From: a virus
Taxonomy: Duplodnaviria; Caudoviricetes
Strand: one strand, 5' to 3'
IMG/VR virus record: IMGVR_UViG_3300005611_000067
Coordinates: 1-41,373 of that record
Length of the DNA stretch: 41,373 nt
The position numbers and the translations under genes were made by a program. Under the pieces are notes generated by a model. That model was not told the DNA's origin. It worked only from the letters and a program-made list of their open reading frames with translations, and made no database searches. Of this stretch, positions 1 to 9,700 are shown in pieces. How positions within the stretch are numbered: the first letter of the stretch is position 1; the number at the start of each line of letters is the position of its first letter.

Positions 1-1
1 G

Positions 2-109
2 GGCGGCGGCGGTAACGCTTTCCAAAACGGCACCGCAAACGCTGGCGGCGGCGGTGGCGGGAACAACCCGGGAGGCTCCGGCATTGTGATTGTCAGGTAT
101 CAAATTTAA
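2..109 (+). CDS. 3' end of a glycine-rich virion-type protein (partial, runs off the window)
   Basis: Frame 2 reads GGGGNAFQNGTANAGGGGGGNNPGGSGIVIVRYQI*. GGSGIVIVRY is the typical C-terminus of phage glycine-rich domains. Confidence 0.75.
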   Translation, partial: GGGGNAFQNGTANAGGGGGGNNPGGSGIVIVRYQI

Positions 110-119
110 GGAATAAATT

Positions 120-269
120 ATGATTAAGAAATTTAAATGTAACTGCGGTCACACTACTCGTAAAACAGGATCACATGCTAAAGGAGCAATAAGTGGCAAA
201 AAAGAAATGGATTCAGTCCGCTATAAAAAGACCCGGCGCACTTACAAAAAAAGCAAAGGCAGCCGGTAA
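120..269 (+). CDS. Possible small basic protein (49 aa, MIKKFKCNCGHTTRKTG...)
   Basis: Translated by hand. AAGGA at 108-112 precedes the ATG. It overlaps the next ORF by 77 nt, so it is uncertain. Confidence 0.35.
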   Translation: MIKKFKCNCGHTTRKTGSHAKGAISGKKEMDSVRYKKTRRTYKKSKGSR

Positions 270-372
270 ATCAATTTCTGGTTATTGTCAATCCAAGGAT
301 CTTTCAACTCGCTCAAAGCGTCAATGCAACCTCGCCAAGACGTTGAAGGGTTTTAAAAAGAAAGGAAGGTGA
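193..372 (+). CDS. Small Lys-rich phage protein (59 aa, MAKKKWIQSAIKRPGALTKKAK...NLAKTLKGFKKKGR)
   Basis: GTG start with AAGGAG at 181-186. The WIQxAIKxPGAL...LAxTL pattern recurs in uncharacterised phage proteins. Confidence 0.75.
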   Translation: MAKKKWIQSAIKRPGALTKKAKAAGKSISGYCQSKDLSTRSKRQCNLAKTLKGFKKKGR

Positions 373-424
373 TCCATGTCTTTTCATAACATCCATAAGG
401 TTGCACTATCACAAGGAGGCAAAC

Positions 425-547
425 ATGCCTATGAAGTCTAAAAAGGAAATGATGAAGGATTACTCACCAATGAAGGGAAAGAAGAAGATGGGTAAGGCTG
501 TTGCTCCAAAGGGCAAGAAGCCTATGATGAAGAAGAAGTATGGATGA
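425..547 (+). CDS. Small Lys/Met-rich protein (40 aa, MPMKSKKEMMKDYSPMKGKKKMG...)
   Basis: Strong AAGGAGG SD just upstream of the ATG; translated by hand. Confidence 0.65.
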   Translation: MPMKSKKEMMKDYSPMKGKKKMGKAVAPKGKKPMMKKKYG

Positions 548-678
548 AAACTCCACATAACACAAAGAAATACGCAATTGAGAATACCGGGTTAAAGCCC
601 GATAGTTCCAAAGCGACTCGCAAGAAGCGAACAATCGCAAAGGAGATGAAGAAAAATGATAGAAGAAAACAAGCCTGA
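544..678 (+). CDS. Small basic protein (44 aa, MKTPHNTKKYAIENTG...)
   Basis: ATGA start/stop overlap with the previous ORF. It fills the gap to the scaffold gene. Confidence 0.45.
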   Translation: MKTPHNTKKYAIENTGLKPDSSKATRKKRTIAKEMKKNDRRKQA

Positions 679-1600
679 AGAATCCACAGAGACTCAGGTA
701 GGTAATGATATTGTCATGCCTAAAGAACCAGACGAGGATCCTGTTGTTGCAGGTGAAAGGGCTGCGTTTGTAAGGTATGTCAAGGACCAAGGGGAAAAGA
801 TTCCCCAAAATTTTAAAAATGCTGAGGACTGGTTCAACTCTTTGAAGAGTGCCCAGTCACAGTATACCAAGTCTCGGCAAGAGATTGCCGAACTTAAGAA
901 GCAATACAACGAGACAGCGGTTGGAAATCCAAATTATGACCCGCAGGCTCAAGAACAACCTACGCAACAGGAAGAACCTGTTGTTGAGGACATCAGCAAT
1001 ATTCCTGATGAGTTGTCAATTTCAAAACCTAAAGATCCAGAATACGGTAATATCACCGAGCAGGATTGGGCAAGGTGGGGAAGGGAGATTGATAAGAATG
1101 GCGACCTTACGGAAGCCACAAGAAAGGAAGTTGCCAAGAGACTCAACGCAGATCCTATTGTAGTCGAGCAAATGGTTCGTGGCAGACAAGCAATGCAGAA
1201 GCAAGCATTCGATGAATCTGCCAAGGTTGTTGGCGGTACGGATAATCTAAAAAGGATTTTCAAGTGGGCGGGTGAAAACTTGTCTGCTGCTGAGGTTGAA
1301 GCCATGAACAGAGGACTGCAAACCCCTGCCAGTGCCTCTATACTTCTTGGTCTTCAAGCAAGATATCAGCAGGCTCAACCAGCCACTCAGAAATCTCAAC
1401 CTGAGCCGTCTGTCTCAACCCCAAATGCCGTACCAGCCGGTCAAGTTCCCAAGCCCGGTGTTGAAGCACAAGCATTCAACTCGGAGGCGGAAATGAAAGC
1501 AGCAGTTTCAGATCCTCGGTATCGTACCGACCCTGCTTTCCGGCAAGCCGTCGAAAGACGTATGGTGATTACTCACCAACACGGCTACAAGAGGAGATGA
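656..1600 (+). CDS. Capsid assembly scaffolding protein (T7 gp9-like)
   Basis: Acidic and helical. The C-terminal FNSEAEMKAAVSDPRYRTDPAFRQAVERRM matches the gp9 'AMSDPRY..D..YR..VE' signature. It lies directly upstream of the capsid gene. Confidence 0.92.
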   Translation: MIEENKPEESTETQVGNDIVMPKEPDEDPVVAGERAAFVRYVKDQGEKIPQNFKNAEDWFNSLKSAQSQYTKSRQEIAELKKQYNETAVGNPNYDPQAQEQPTQQEEPVVEDISNIPDELSISKPKDPEYGNITEQDWARWGREIDKNGDLTEATRKEVAKRLNADPIVVEQMVRGRQAMQKQAFDESAKVVGGTDNLKRIFKWAGENLSAAEVEAMNRGLQTPASASILLGLQARYQQAQPATQKSQPEPSVSTPNAVPAGQVPKPGVEAQAFNSEAEMKAAVSDPRYRTDPAFRQAVERRMVITHQHGYKRR

Positions 1601-1682
1601 CCCTAACAATCCCCGTGAGAAGGGACTAGGATAATCTAATCCTTACTGTTTGTTAAGTTTAAAACATAAGGAGATTATCGCA

Positions 1683-3068
1683 ATGGCTGATAATGTTTAT
1701 AATTACCCATTTTCTAATAGTGCTGGTGAAAACACTGGCGCACTTCCTACTGGCTGGCTAACTGGTGGTCAGGCTGCTGACAACACCTCTGCTGGTGCTA
1801 TTGGTCAATACACAGTTTCACAAGATGGTACTGCTGATTATTGGCTTCCTATTTGGAGTGGTGAAGTTCTCAATGCGTACGATCAGTACAACATCTTTGA
1901 GCCACTTGTCACCACTCGGGCTATCACTAGCGGTACCACTATGCGATTCCCAATCACGGGAACCGTTGGCCTCAAGGCACAGTGGAAAGCCGGTGAAGAA
2001 CTAGAGGGTTCAACTGGAACTACTGATCCTCAGTGGTTCGATATTTCGCTTGATGAGCGTCCCATGGCCTCTCACTTTGAACTTGACGATATTTCGCTCA
2101 TGCTTACTCAGTGGGAGTATCGTGCAGAACTAGCCCGACAGGCTGGTCTTGCACTAGCCAATGCAAGAGACAAGCAGATTGCTTCTCTCATTGCTCAGGG
2201 TGCATTCATGGCAAGCAGAAGTCCTGCCGTCACCAAGGGTGGTAACTTTGGTGGTGCTACTACCGCTACAGATCTTACCAGTGCCTCTTATGACATGCCT
2301 GCTGATGCAGCGTTTAACCATCTTGGTCACTCTGCTGCAACTCAGGCTAATCGTGCCACTGCTGCACTCAAACTTCTTGAGTACATCGAGCGTTATATGG
2401 TTCGCCTACAAGAGATTGATGCACCAACCAATGGTGTGTATGTTGCTGTCAGCCCCCGTGCTTTCAATGACATCCGTGCCCTAGGTGTTGCTCGTACCAA
2501 TACTGAAGTTCAGAACATGCAGCCCATGTTTGGTGGCGTTGCTGCTGCTGGCGGTCTTGGTGCCCCATATACTCAGGGTATGAATGCTCTTACCGACACT
2601 CTTACCTACATGGGTGCAACCATTGTCAAGACCAATCACCTTCTACAGCAAACTGTAGAGTTGGGCGGTACTGATTATACCGTTGCTGCTGCCTCAACTG
2701 CTGGTCAGATTGACACCGAACTAGACAACATTATTGTTGCTCCCGGTGGTGGTACCGTGTTTACTCAGAGTGACCTAGAAGCAGATAAGATCGTTGATCT
2801 TGGTGATACCAAGTACAACTTTGACTGGCTTCGTTTCTCAACTGCTGGTACTCTTTCTGGTGGTGTTGGTTTTAGTGCCATGTTCCCAGTCAAGGCTCTT
2901 ATCTGGCAGCGAGATGCAGTTGCATCCCTCAGCCTACAGGGCATGAAGGTTGACACTATCCGCGACGTTCGTCGCAATACTCAGTTCACCGTTGCATCTG
3001 TGATGCGTGGTGGTGGCGTTCTACGACCAGAGCTTTGTGCTGCTGTTTGTGGTTCTGCTATCGTCTGA
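1683..3068 (+). CDS. Major capsid protein (T7 gp10-like), 461 aa
   Basis: Motifs IWSGEVLNAY, RAITSGTTMRFPITG, YRAELARQAGLALANARD and GVLRPELCA. ATG 1683 has an AAGGAG SD and is preferred over the TTG at 1650. Codon bias is strong. Confidence 0.95.
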   Translation: MADNVYNYPFSNSAGENTGALPTGWLTGGQAADNTSAGAIGQYTVSQDGTADYWLPIWSGEVLNAYDQYNIFEPLVTTRAITSGTTMRFPITGTVGLKAQWKAGEELEGSTGTTDPQWFDISLDERPMASHFELDDISLMLTQWEYRAELARQAGLALANARDKQIASLIAQGAFMASRSPAVTKGGNFGGATTATDLTSASYDMPADAAFNHLGHSAATQANRATAALKLLEYIERYMVRLQEIDAPTNGVYVAVSPRAFNDIRALGVARTNTEVQNMQPMFGGVAAAGGLGAPYTQGMNALTDTLTYMGATIVKTNHLLQQTVELGGTDYTVAAASTAGQIDTELDNIIVAPGGGTVFTQSDLEADKIVDLGDTKYNFDWLRFSTAGTLSGGVGFSAMFPVKALIWQRDAVASLSLQGMKVDTIRDVRRNTQFTVASVMRGGGVLRPELCAAVCGSAIV

Positions 3069-3097
3069 TAGACAATTAAATAACAACTAAATATCTG

Positions 3098-3133
3098 GGA
3101 ACCTAGGGGAGAAATCCCCTAGGTTTCTTTTTT
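3098..3133 (+). terminator. Intrinsic terminator after the capsid gene (T-phi-like position)
   Basis: GGAACCTAGGGGA-GAAA-TCCCCTAGGTTTC hairpin followed by a T run. Confidence 0.9.
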
Positions 3134-3154
3134 CTCGTTTTATAAGGAGGTATT

Positions 3155-3325
3155 ATGGATAATCCATTTAAAAAGAAATCACAAGGACTAGGAGACACAG
3201 TAGAAAAGGTTGCTTATATTGCTACCCTTGGTGGTCTTGTTGCTCCAAAGAAAAAGGATTGTAGATGCAGCGAACGCAAGGAAGCACTAAACAAGAAGGT
3301 ATCTTACACAAAAAAGGAAAAGTAA
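3155..3325 (+). CDS. Small protein (56 aa, MDNPFKKKSQGLGDTVEKVA...DCRCSERKEALNKK)
   Basis: TAAGGAGG SD. The stop abuts the next ATG. The GLGDTVEK...CxC..RKE.LN pattern is seen in uncharacterised phage proteins. Absent from the ORF track. Confidence 0.8.
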   Translation: MDNPFKKKSQGLGDTVEKVAYIATLGGLVAPKKKDCRCSERKEALNKKVSYTKKEK

Positions 3326-3970
3326 ATGGGAACATTCTCCAGATTGGATGCAGTCAACCACATGTTGCTCATGTCGGGTGAACACATTGTCAACCATCTG
3401 GAAGACGATTCCGGTGTTGATACAAGTGTTGCAGAGCATATCCTAGATGAGACAATCACCTCCTATGTCATGAGGGGTCTTGTCAATAATTCTTATTATA
3501 AAAAATACCAACCCAACTCTCAAGGGTATGTTTATCTTCCTTCGGATACGCTTCATGCAGAACTGTGTGAGCCTATTTGGAGTAAAGACAGAGATCAATA
3601 TGTCCTCGCTTCCTATAAGGGAAGCCCACCTTATTTATTCAATGTAACAGATCATACTGCTGATTGGACAGACAAGGGAGGTAGTGATGGTATATTGATC
3701 ATGTTGATTACAGATCTTGAGTGGTCTGATATTGAGACTCCTATGCAACGTGGTATCATGTCTTCGGCTGCTAGGGATTATCAAATGATTACCCAAGGCG
3801 ATCACAATGTAGACAAGTATCTTGCTCAAAGAGAAGTAACTTATATGTCCAAAGGTAGAGCATCGGACATCACCAATAAGAAACGAAGTTTCCTTGGTCA
3901 AGATCCCGGTACATTCCTTGCATCGACAAGAGACTATTCCTTCAGAGATCCTAGGAGGAGATACAGATAA
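3326..3970 (+). CDS. Tail tubular protein A / adaptor (T7 gp11-like)
   Basis: N-terminal RLDAVNHMLLMSGEHIVNHL matches the gp11 'LxAVNxMLxxIGExPV' pattern. Size and position also fit. Confidence 0.9.
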   Translation: MGTFSRLDAVNHMLLMSGEHIVNHLEDDSGVDTSVAEHILDETITSYVMRGLVNNSYYKKYQPNSQGYVYLPSDTLHAELCEPIWSKDRDQYVLASYKGSPPYLFNVTDHTADWTDKGGSDGILIMLITDLEWSDIETPMQRGIMSSAARDYQMITQGDHNVDKYLAQREVTYMSKGRASDITNKKRSFLGQDPGTFLASTRDYSFRDPRRRYR

Positions 3971-6723
3971 TGCCAACAACAAGAGTACCTATTCAATCAC
4001 TAAATGGTGGTGTCTCCAGAAGAGAGTCATCCAAAAGACTACCACAAGAAGTGGAGAATGCAGACAACGTACTCTTGACTGTTGAAAGATCAGCCGAAAA
4101 GAGACCACCTCTTACGCACATCAAGACAAGTATGGAAGGTGATTACCTAAACGTACCCAACATTGTGGCTGGTGGTGGCTTCAATCCAGATCATTTATAT
4201 TTCCATTTCATTGATGTTGATGGTCTTAATAGATTTTGTATTGTCATCAACCGGGCACAAACACAGACAAACCTAATGGTTCGTGTGTTCAGAATAGAGC
4301 CTACGGAATGGATTGAAGAAGAGTTTGATAAAAATAGTTTTGATAGAGGCATGAAGGAATATCTTATGCATTACAACCTATCAACAGACTCTTCTCTTCC
4401 CATTGATGACATCATGGGTAGTGTTACCTATGGATCTGGTGCAATCTTTTGGAACAAACAAATGAGGCTTGGGTTTTTACCAGACAACTCAGACAAGGTT
4501 GTTCCTTCTTGTGACCTTGGCTCTCCTTGTGTAGATGGGTTTTATGAACCAGATCCATCATACATTCATTCTGGTGACAAGATCCATTATAAAACAGCAG
4601 ATATGTTTTTTGTTGACTCAAGTGGAAATACTGCTAATGGTGGATCAGGACAAGTAAGACTGCCCGGAGCAAACGAAGAAGACAAGTCTGCTGTTCCCTA
4701 CGAGCCATCAAAGGATAGTGATAATCTATATAATCAATGGATCAGTGTTGTTGCAGATCCTGCTAATGGTGGTGGTTATAAGAATGTCATTGATGATATC
4801 GAAACAAGAGTTAACTCTGTAAGCCTTGAGTCCTATGCAGTAGGACATAGTGTAGAAAACTTTTCTGAGGTTGCTATTCCACCCCCAGACGATGATGTTA
4901 ATTCTCATTGTGGATGGAAAGCACAAGCAATGATGCAGCATTTGTATCATAGAAGCGAGAATGGCATTTCAGGATCTACAAATGATGCGGGTTATTTGAC
5001 ATCACCATTTAAAGACATTACTGGTAGCGATTCAATTTATAATTATGAAACCGCCAACACATACGGAAAGGGAGAGATTTGGTATGCCCGTGATCCATAC
5101 TTCTCATTCCCATCTGGGTTTTACAGAACAGTAAGCAACTCCGAAAATGGTCAACCTTACTTTCAACCAGTAAGATCAGAGGATAAGAATTCTGTAATCG
5201 ACCATAGAACTTTTCCTGTCATGATCCGAAAGGAATCTGATGGCAAGTGGCGTATCAGCTATTCTCCTTTGGTTCCAAAGACAAGTGGTACTGCTATTAA
5301 CAACCCCGGTCCAGAAGCAATCAATAGCAATGAAACCATCAAGGCTATGGAGTTTTGGAAGGGTAGACTATGGATAGCCACAGATACAACCATCTTTGCT
5401 TCTAGAGTAAATGAGTTTTTTAATTTCTTTTTAAACGACTCATTGAACATAACCGACTCAGATCCAATTGACATATCGGTAAATACAGGCCAATTTAATA
5501 GAGTGCAAAGTCTAACATCGTTTCAAAACTTCTTATTCATCACAACAAGAAGTGGCAATCAGTTTGAGATCAGAGGATCATCAACCAATGCTGGCAATGT
5601 TTCACCCACGTCTATTGAATTGAGAAGCACGTCGTTCTACTCTACAGCATCCACAGCAAACCCAGTTAAAATGGGCACCAACATATACTTTTTTGATGAG
5701 GAGAAGTTGTTCTTGTACAGTGGGTCAGATGCATTTGGCAATGAGTATTCAACCGCCTATGAGTTAAGTACTCATTGTCGTGGATATCTACCTGTCAATT
5801 ACCAAGAGGTAACAGCAGTTCCATCATACAACTCAATCATCATGGTTGATAAAGATAACAAGAATCATATGTATATCTATACCCAAAAGGTCAATGGTCA
5901 GCAACTTGTGCAAAATGCATTCTACCGATGGGTATTGGATGAAAACGATCAGATCATGGCAGTACAAGGATATGAGACAGGTTTCTATCTTGTTGTTAAG
6001 AGAACCAATGGTGTAACTCCAAGGCTTTATGCATACTATGGTACCTTTGAGCCTGTCACCCTTGCCACACCTTTGCTTGATAGGTTGATTAGAGTGGAGT
6101 CAAACAAGATTACATATGATGCGGACTCAAATATCACAACCATCAGGCTACCATACTTTGATCCTGCGGCTATTGAAGTTGTTTTGGACGATGGATGGTC
6201 AGAGAGCAGAAGATATACAAGACACATTGCAACAGGCGTTGTCTCACAGGAATATGATGGGCACTTTACCACTAACTTATTGGTGCCCGGAAACCTTGCT
6301 TCTGAGAGACAACCTAATGGATCATATCAGCCAAGGCGTGTGTGGGCAGGGCGACCGTATGAGATGAACATTCAACTATCACCTCTTCATGTGAGAGACG
6401 CAGAGAACATAGCAAGACCCGGAGTCTTGAATCTTAAGAGGATGACCACAAGACACCGAAACTCTGCTCAATATAATATTGAAATTGAAAGATACAATAG
6501 GGCAAGATCTTCAGTAAGGAGCGAGACGTTTACCTATAACGATACTACAGATCTTCTTGGAATGCTTCGGATTGAGAGGGAAGGAGAGTTGTTGTCAAAG
6601 ATCCTAGGATATGCCGACTCAACCACCATCTACATCAAGAGTGATTTCCCAACACCTTGCAACATAACCTCGATAGAAGTGATTGGAAACTTCAGACCGG
6701 GCGACACTTCAATCCAGAAGTAA
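3970..6723 (+). CDS. Tail tubular protein B / nozzle (T7 gp12-like)
   Basis: IQSLNGGVSRR...EKRPP start, FWKGRLW, FFNFF...DSDPIDI, QNAFYRW, and C-terminal SDFPTPCNITSIEVIGNF. Confidence 0.92.
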   Translation: MPTTRVPIQSLNGGVSRRESSKRLPQEVENADNVLLTVERSAEKRPPLTHIKTSMEGDYLNVPNIVAGGGFNPDHLYFHFIDVDGLNRFCIVINRAQTQTNLMVRVFRIEPTEWIEEEFDKNSFDRGMKEYLMHYNLSTDSSLPIDDIMGSVTYGSGAIFWNKQMRLGFLPDNSDKVVPSCDLGSPCVDGFYEPDPSYIHSGDKIHYKTADMFFVDSSGNTANGGSGQVRLPGANEEDKSAVPYEPSKDSDNLYNQWISVVADPANGGGYKNVIDDIETRVNSVSLESYAVGHSVENFSEVAIPPPDDDVNSHCGWKAQAMMQHLYHRSENGISGSTNDAGYLTSPFKDITGSDSIYNYETANTYGKGEIWYARDPYFSFPSGFYRTVSNSENGQPYFQPVRSEDKNSVIDHRTFPVMIRKESDGKWRISYSPLVPKTSGTAINNPGPEAINSNETIKAMEFWKGRLWIATDTTIFASRVNEFFNFFLNDSLNITDSDPIDISVNTGQFNRVQSLTSFQNFLFITTRSGNQFEIRGSSTNAGNVSPTSIELRSTSFYSTASTANPVKMGTNIYFFDEEKLFLYSGSDAFGNEYSTAYELSTHCRGYLPVNYQEVTAVPSYNSIIMVDKDNKNHMYIYTQKVNGQQLVQNAFYRWVLDENDQIMAVQGYETGFYLVVKRTNGVTPRLYAYYGTFEPVTLATPLLDRLIRVESNKITYDADSNITTIRLPYFDPAAIEVVLDDGWSESRRYTRHIATGVVSQEYDGHFTTNLLVPGNLASERQPNGSYQPRRVWAGRPYEMNIQLSPLHVRDAENIARPGVLNLKRMTTRHRNSAQYNIEIERYNRARSSVRSETFTYNDTTDLLGMLRIEREGELLSKILGYADSTTIYIKSDFPTPCNITSIEVIGNFRPGDTSIQK

Positions 6724-6735
6724 AGGAGAATCAAC

Positions 6736-9700
6736 ATGGCTGACTGGATTCGTTCACCGTCATATAGATGGTTTACAAATGCTCAATGGGTGCAATACGC
6801 CTTTGAGAAGACGGAGAATGAAAACGCTCAGTGGAATAGTTATTATGGATCCAATCCAAAGATTACTATTTCTCCCGGCCTTAATCCTGATAATCCTACA
6901 CACCAACTTGCTGCATTAGGATCATCTATTTGTAATATTTGTGATTTATACAACAACTGCGGTAATACTCTTTGGTCGTTAATTTGTATAATGTCTAAAT
7001 ATGTAGGCCAAGAAAACTGCAATTGCGGTATATGTGAACAATGTGCAGACAATTTAGGGGGAGCATTTTGTGATGCACTTGGTGAATTTTGCGACAATGG
7101 ATCAACAATTCCTTGTGGTGTTATTCCAGAAGATTGCAATTATGATCTAACTCTTTGTGGGGTTTTTCAATGTGATGCGCTGGATAACAATAAATGTATA
7201 AATGAATATGGTCAGTTTGTTGATTGCGACAGTGAAGATTCATTGTGCAATCCATGTAATGGTGGATGTGATGATTATGTTCCATGCCCGTGTGGTGAGG
7301 GCGGCGGATGTAAGTTAATCCCATCTACTGAAACATGTCCATCAACATGCTGTGTACCCGGAGAACCCGGCTGTGTTGAGTGTTGTTATCCGGGTTTTGA
7401 AAACTGTGGTATCTGGGCACCAGAAGATTTATGTTGTCCAACGTGTGGTGAAGGGTGTCAACCATATGGATACCCAATGCCTGAAAGTTTTTGCCAATCA
7501 TGTGAGTACTGTAACATTGACCCAACTGCTGAACAATGCAGTGTAAATTGTTGTCAATGCCCAAACAGTTCTATATGGATTACTTGCGAAGAAGTCGAAC
7601 AAGGGGCATGTGAACCACCACAATGTGCAGACTTTAGTGCCAATTGTTATGAGTGCGGAGGAAGTTACATTCCTATTTGGTTTGGTTGTTATGAAGATGA
7701 TCCATGTCCAAACCCATACAATCCAGACTGTACAACAGGAGAAGAAACAGTGTGTTACGATTTTAATACAAATGATCCAATCTATTACAACCCATCCAAC
7801 TTGGGTGCCTCGGTTATTATTGAATATGATAATCCTACTACTGGAACCCCCTATGGATACGGTAATGTAGCAACACTGTGTTCTGTACCTGACTCACTTC
7901 AATTATGTGTCTATCTTGTAGATGGAAGCGGAAACAAAACTCAACTAACTTATGAGACTGATTTCCAAATCAATGAGCAAGATGCAACAGTTACTTTACA
8001 ACAATCGGTTACTGTTGCTGGGTTTGCAAAATTAAGATTTGAAAGATGTAGTGATGACAAGAGAATGTTCTTGACATTCAAGGATGGAGCCAAGTTAAGT
8101 GCTGAAGATCTTAATACATCTTTGCACCAGTTGCTCTTCTTAATTCAAGAAAAGGAATTTGCAAGTAACAACTATTATCAAGTTGCTAATGATGATGGGT
8201 CAGGTGGAGCATTGTTTACAGTAACACCATCAACCAGTTCTCCATTTAACTTTGACCTGTCAAGCGTAACTGCTAATGATGTATTGATTTGGGATGGTAA
8301 TGGATCATTTGTGGGGGCACCACCCTCACAGATTGCTGGTAATATTACTTTAGATAATCTAAATAATGTAAGCATTACCAGTGTAACAAGTGGGGAGTTC
8401 CTTTCTTTCAACGGAACCAATTGGGTTAATGCATCCCTGCCAGCCGCTGCAACTTACTTTGAAACCTTTGAAACCTACAACACAACAGCCAATAATGATC
8501 TTGATGACTATTATGTTCTAGGGCAGTGTGATACTGATATAGATGCTGCATGGGGAGCATTGACTACAGGCTGCATGGCTGTACCCAAGGATCTAATACC
8601 CAATGCCATTACATCCTTTGGGTTGGGATACTACGCCGCACAGCAACAGATCTCAGATCAACTAGGAGATCCAACGGAACAACTACCAGTATATATTGCA
8701 AATCAAATCAGTACCAGCACGGCATCTGGCGGCATAATCCTAACATCATTTAGATGGGAAATTGGTAGAGGAGAGGGTAGAAATATTTCAAGTATATCAG
8801 ACTATCCCCTTGCTTATTTTGATATCAACAAGTTTGATACCTTAGACCACCCCGGCACAGGGGGTACTCTAACAGGATCAGATCCAACACAATCAGATTT
8901 GGCATACTATAGGCCATGGCCTGCACTTACTTGCTCAGTATGCAAGAACAAGTTATATATGACCAATATTGAAAAGTTCTTATACAACCCAAGCAAGACC
9001 CATACCTTTGGATTAGAGTTTACAAGTGGGACACTTAACCCAACTACAGACAGATATCTTTCTAGAGTTCGCAGTGTCATTAATAAATCTGACTGGGGCA
9101 CAGCACTTGGTTATACAGAAGAACATCCATTGACCGATTATCCAAATGCAAGTGTTCAATATACAGATCAAACAAACAGTATGATTACTGTCAATTATCA
9201 ATTTACCGATGCATTGAATCTTAATAACTACTCCAATACAAAACATGTACCAAGTGTTGTTACATACTACCTATCGCATCTGTGGGATGGAACAGGAAGC
9301 CCACCTTCGTATATCGTATGGGATGGTAATATGGATACGCTTGGTAAAGTTGATGAGTCGGGGATTCCCACTGATGTTTCAACATATCTTGGAGCAGGGA
9401 CTGGGAGCAACTGGTTCTATTGGCGATGGTGGATAACAGGTTATGATAGTGGGAATGACTCAAGCGATCCAGCCAATATAGACAGTACCAGTTATTATAA
9501 TCCATTTGATCCTGCTAAAGTATCTCTTGAAAATGACAATAGTTATACTATTCTACCAGCATCTACAAACTGGTATACAGATTATTTAGCAGATCCTACT
9601 GATTTAACCATGGCTAAGGGCGGTAGTTATTCAATCAAAGTTGACGCAAATAAAGTATTCACAAACCTTGAAAGAGTTCTTCCTGACATGTATGATGAGT

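Noticed and set aside
1650-1682. TTG start for the capsid gene
   Set aside because: The AAGGAG SD lies inside this extension and suits ATG 1683.
2990-3135. T7 gp10B-type frameshift extension of the capsid
   Set aside because: No clear slippery site. Tandem stops (TGA TAG) and a terminator follow immediately.
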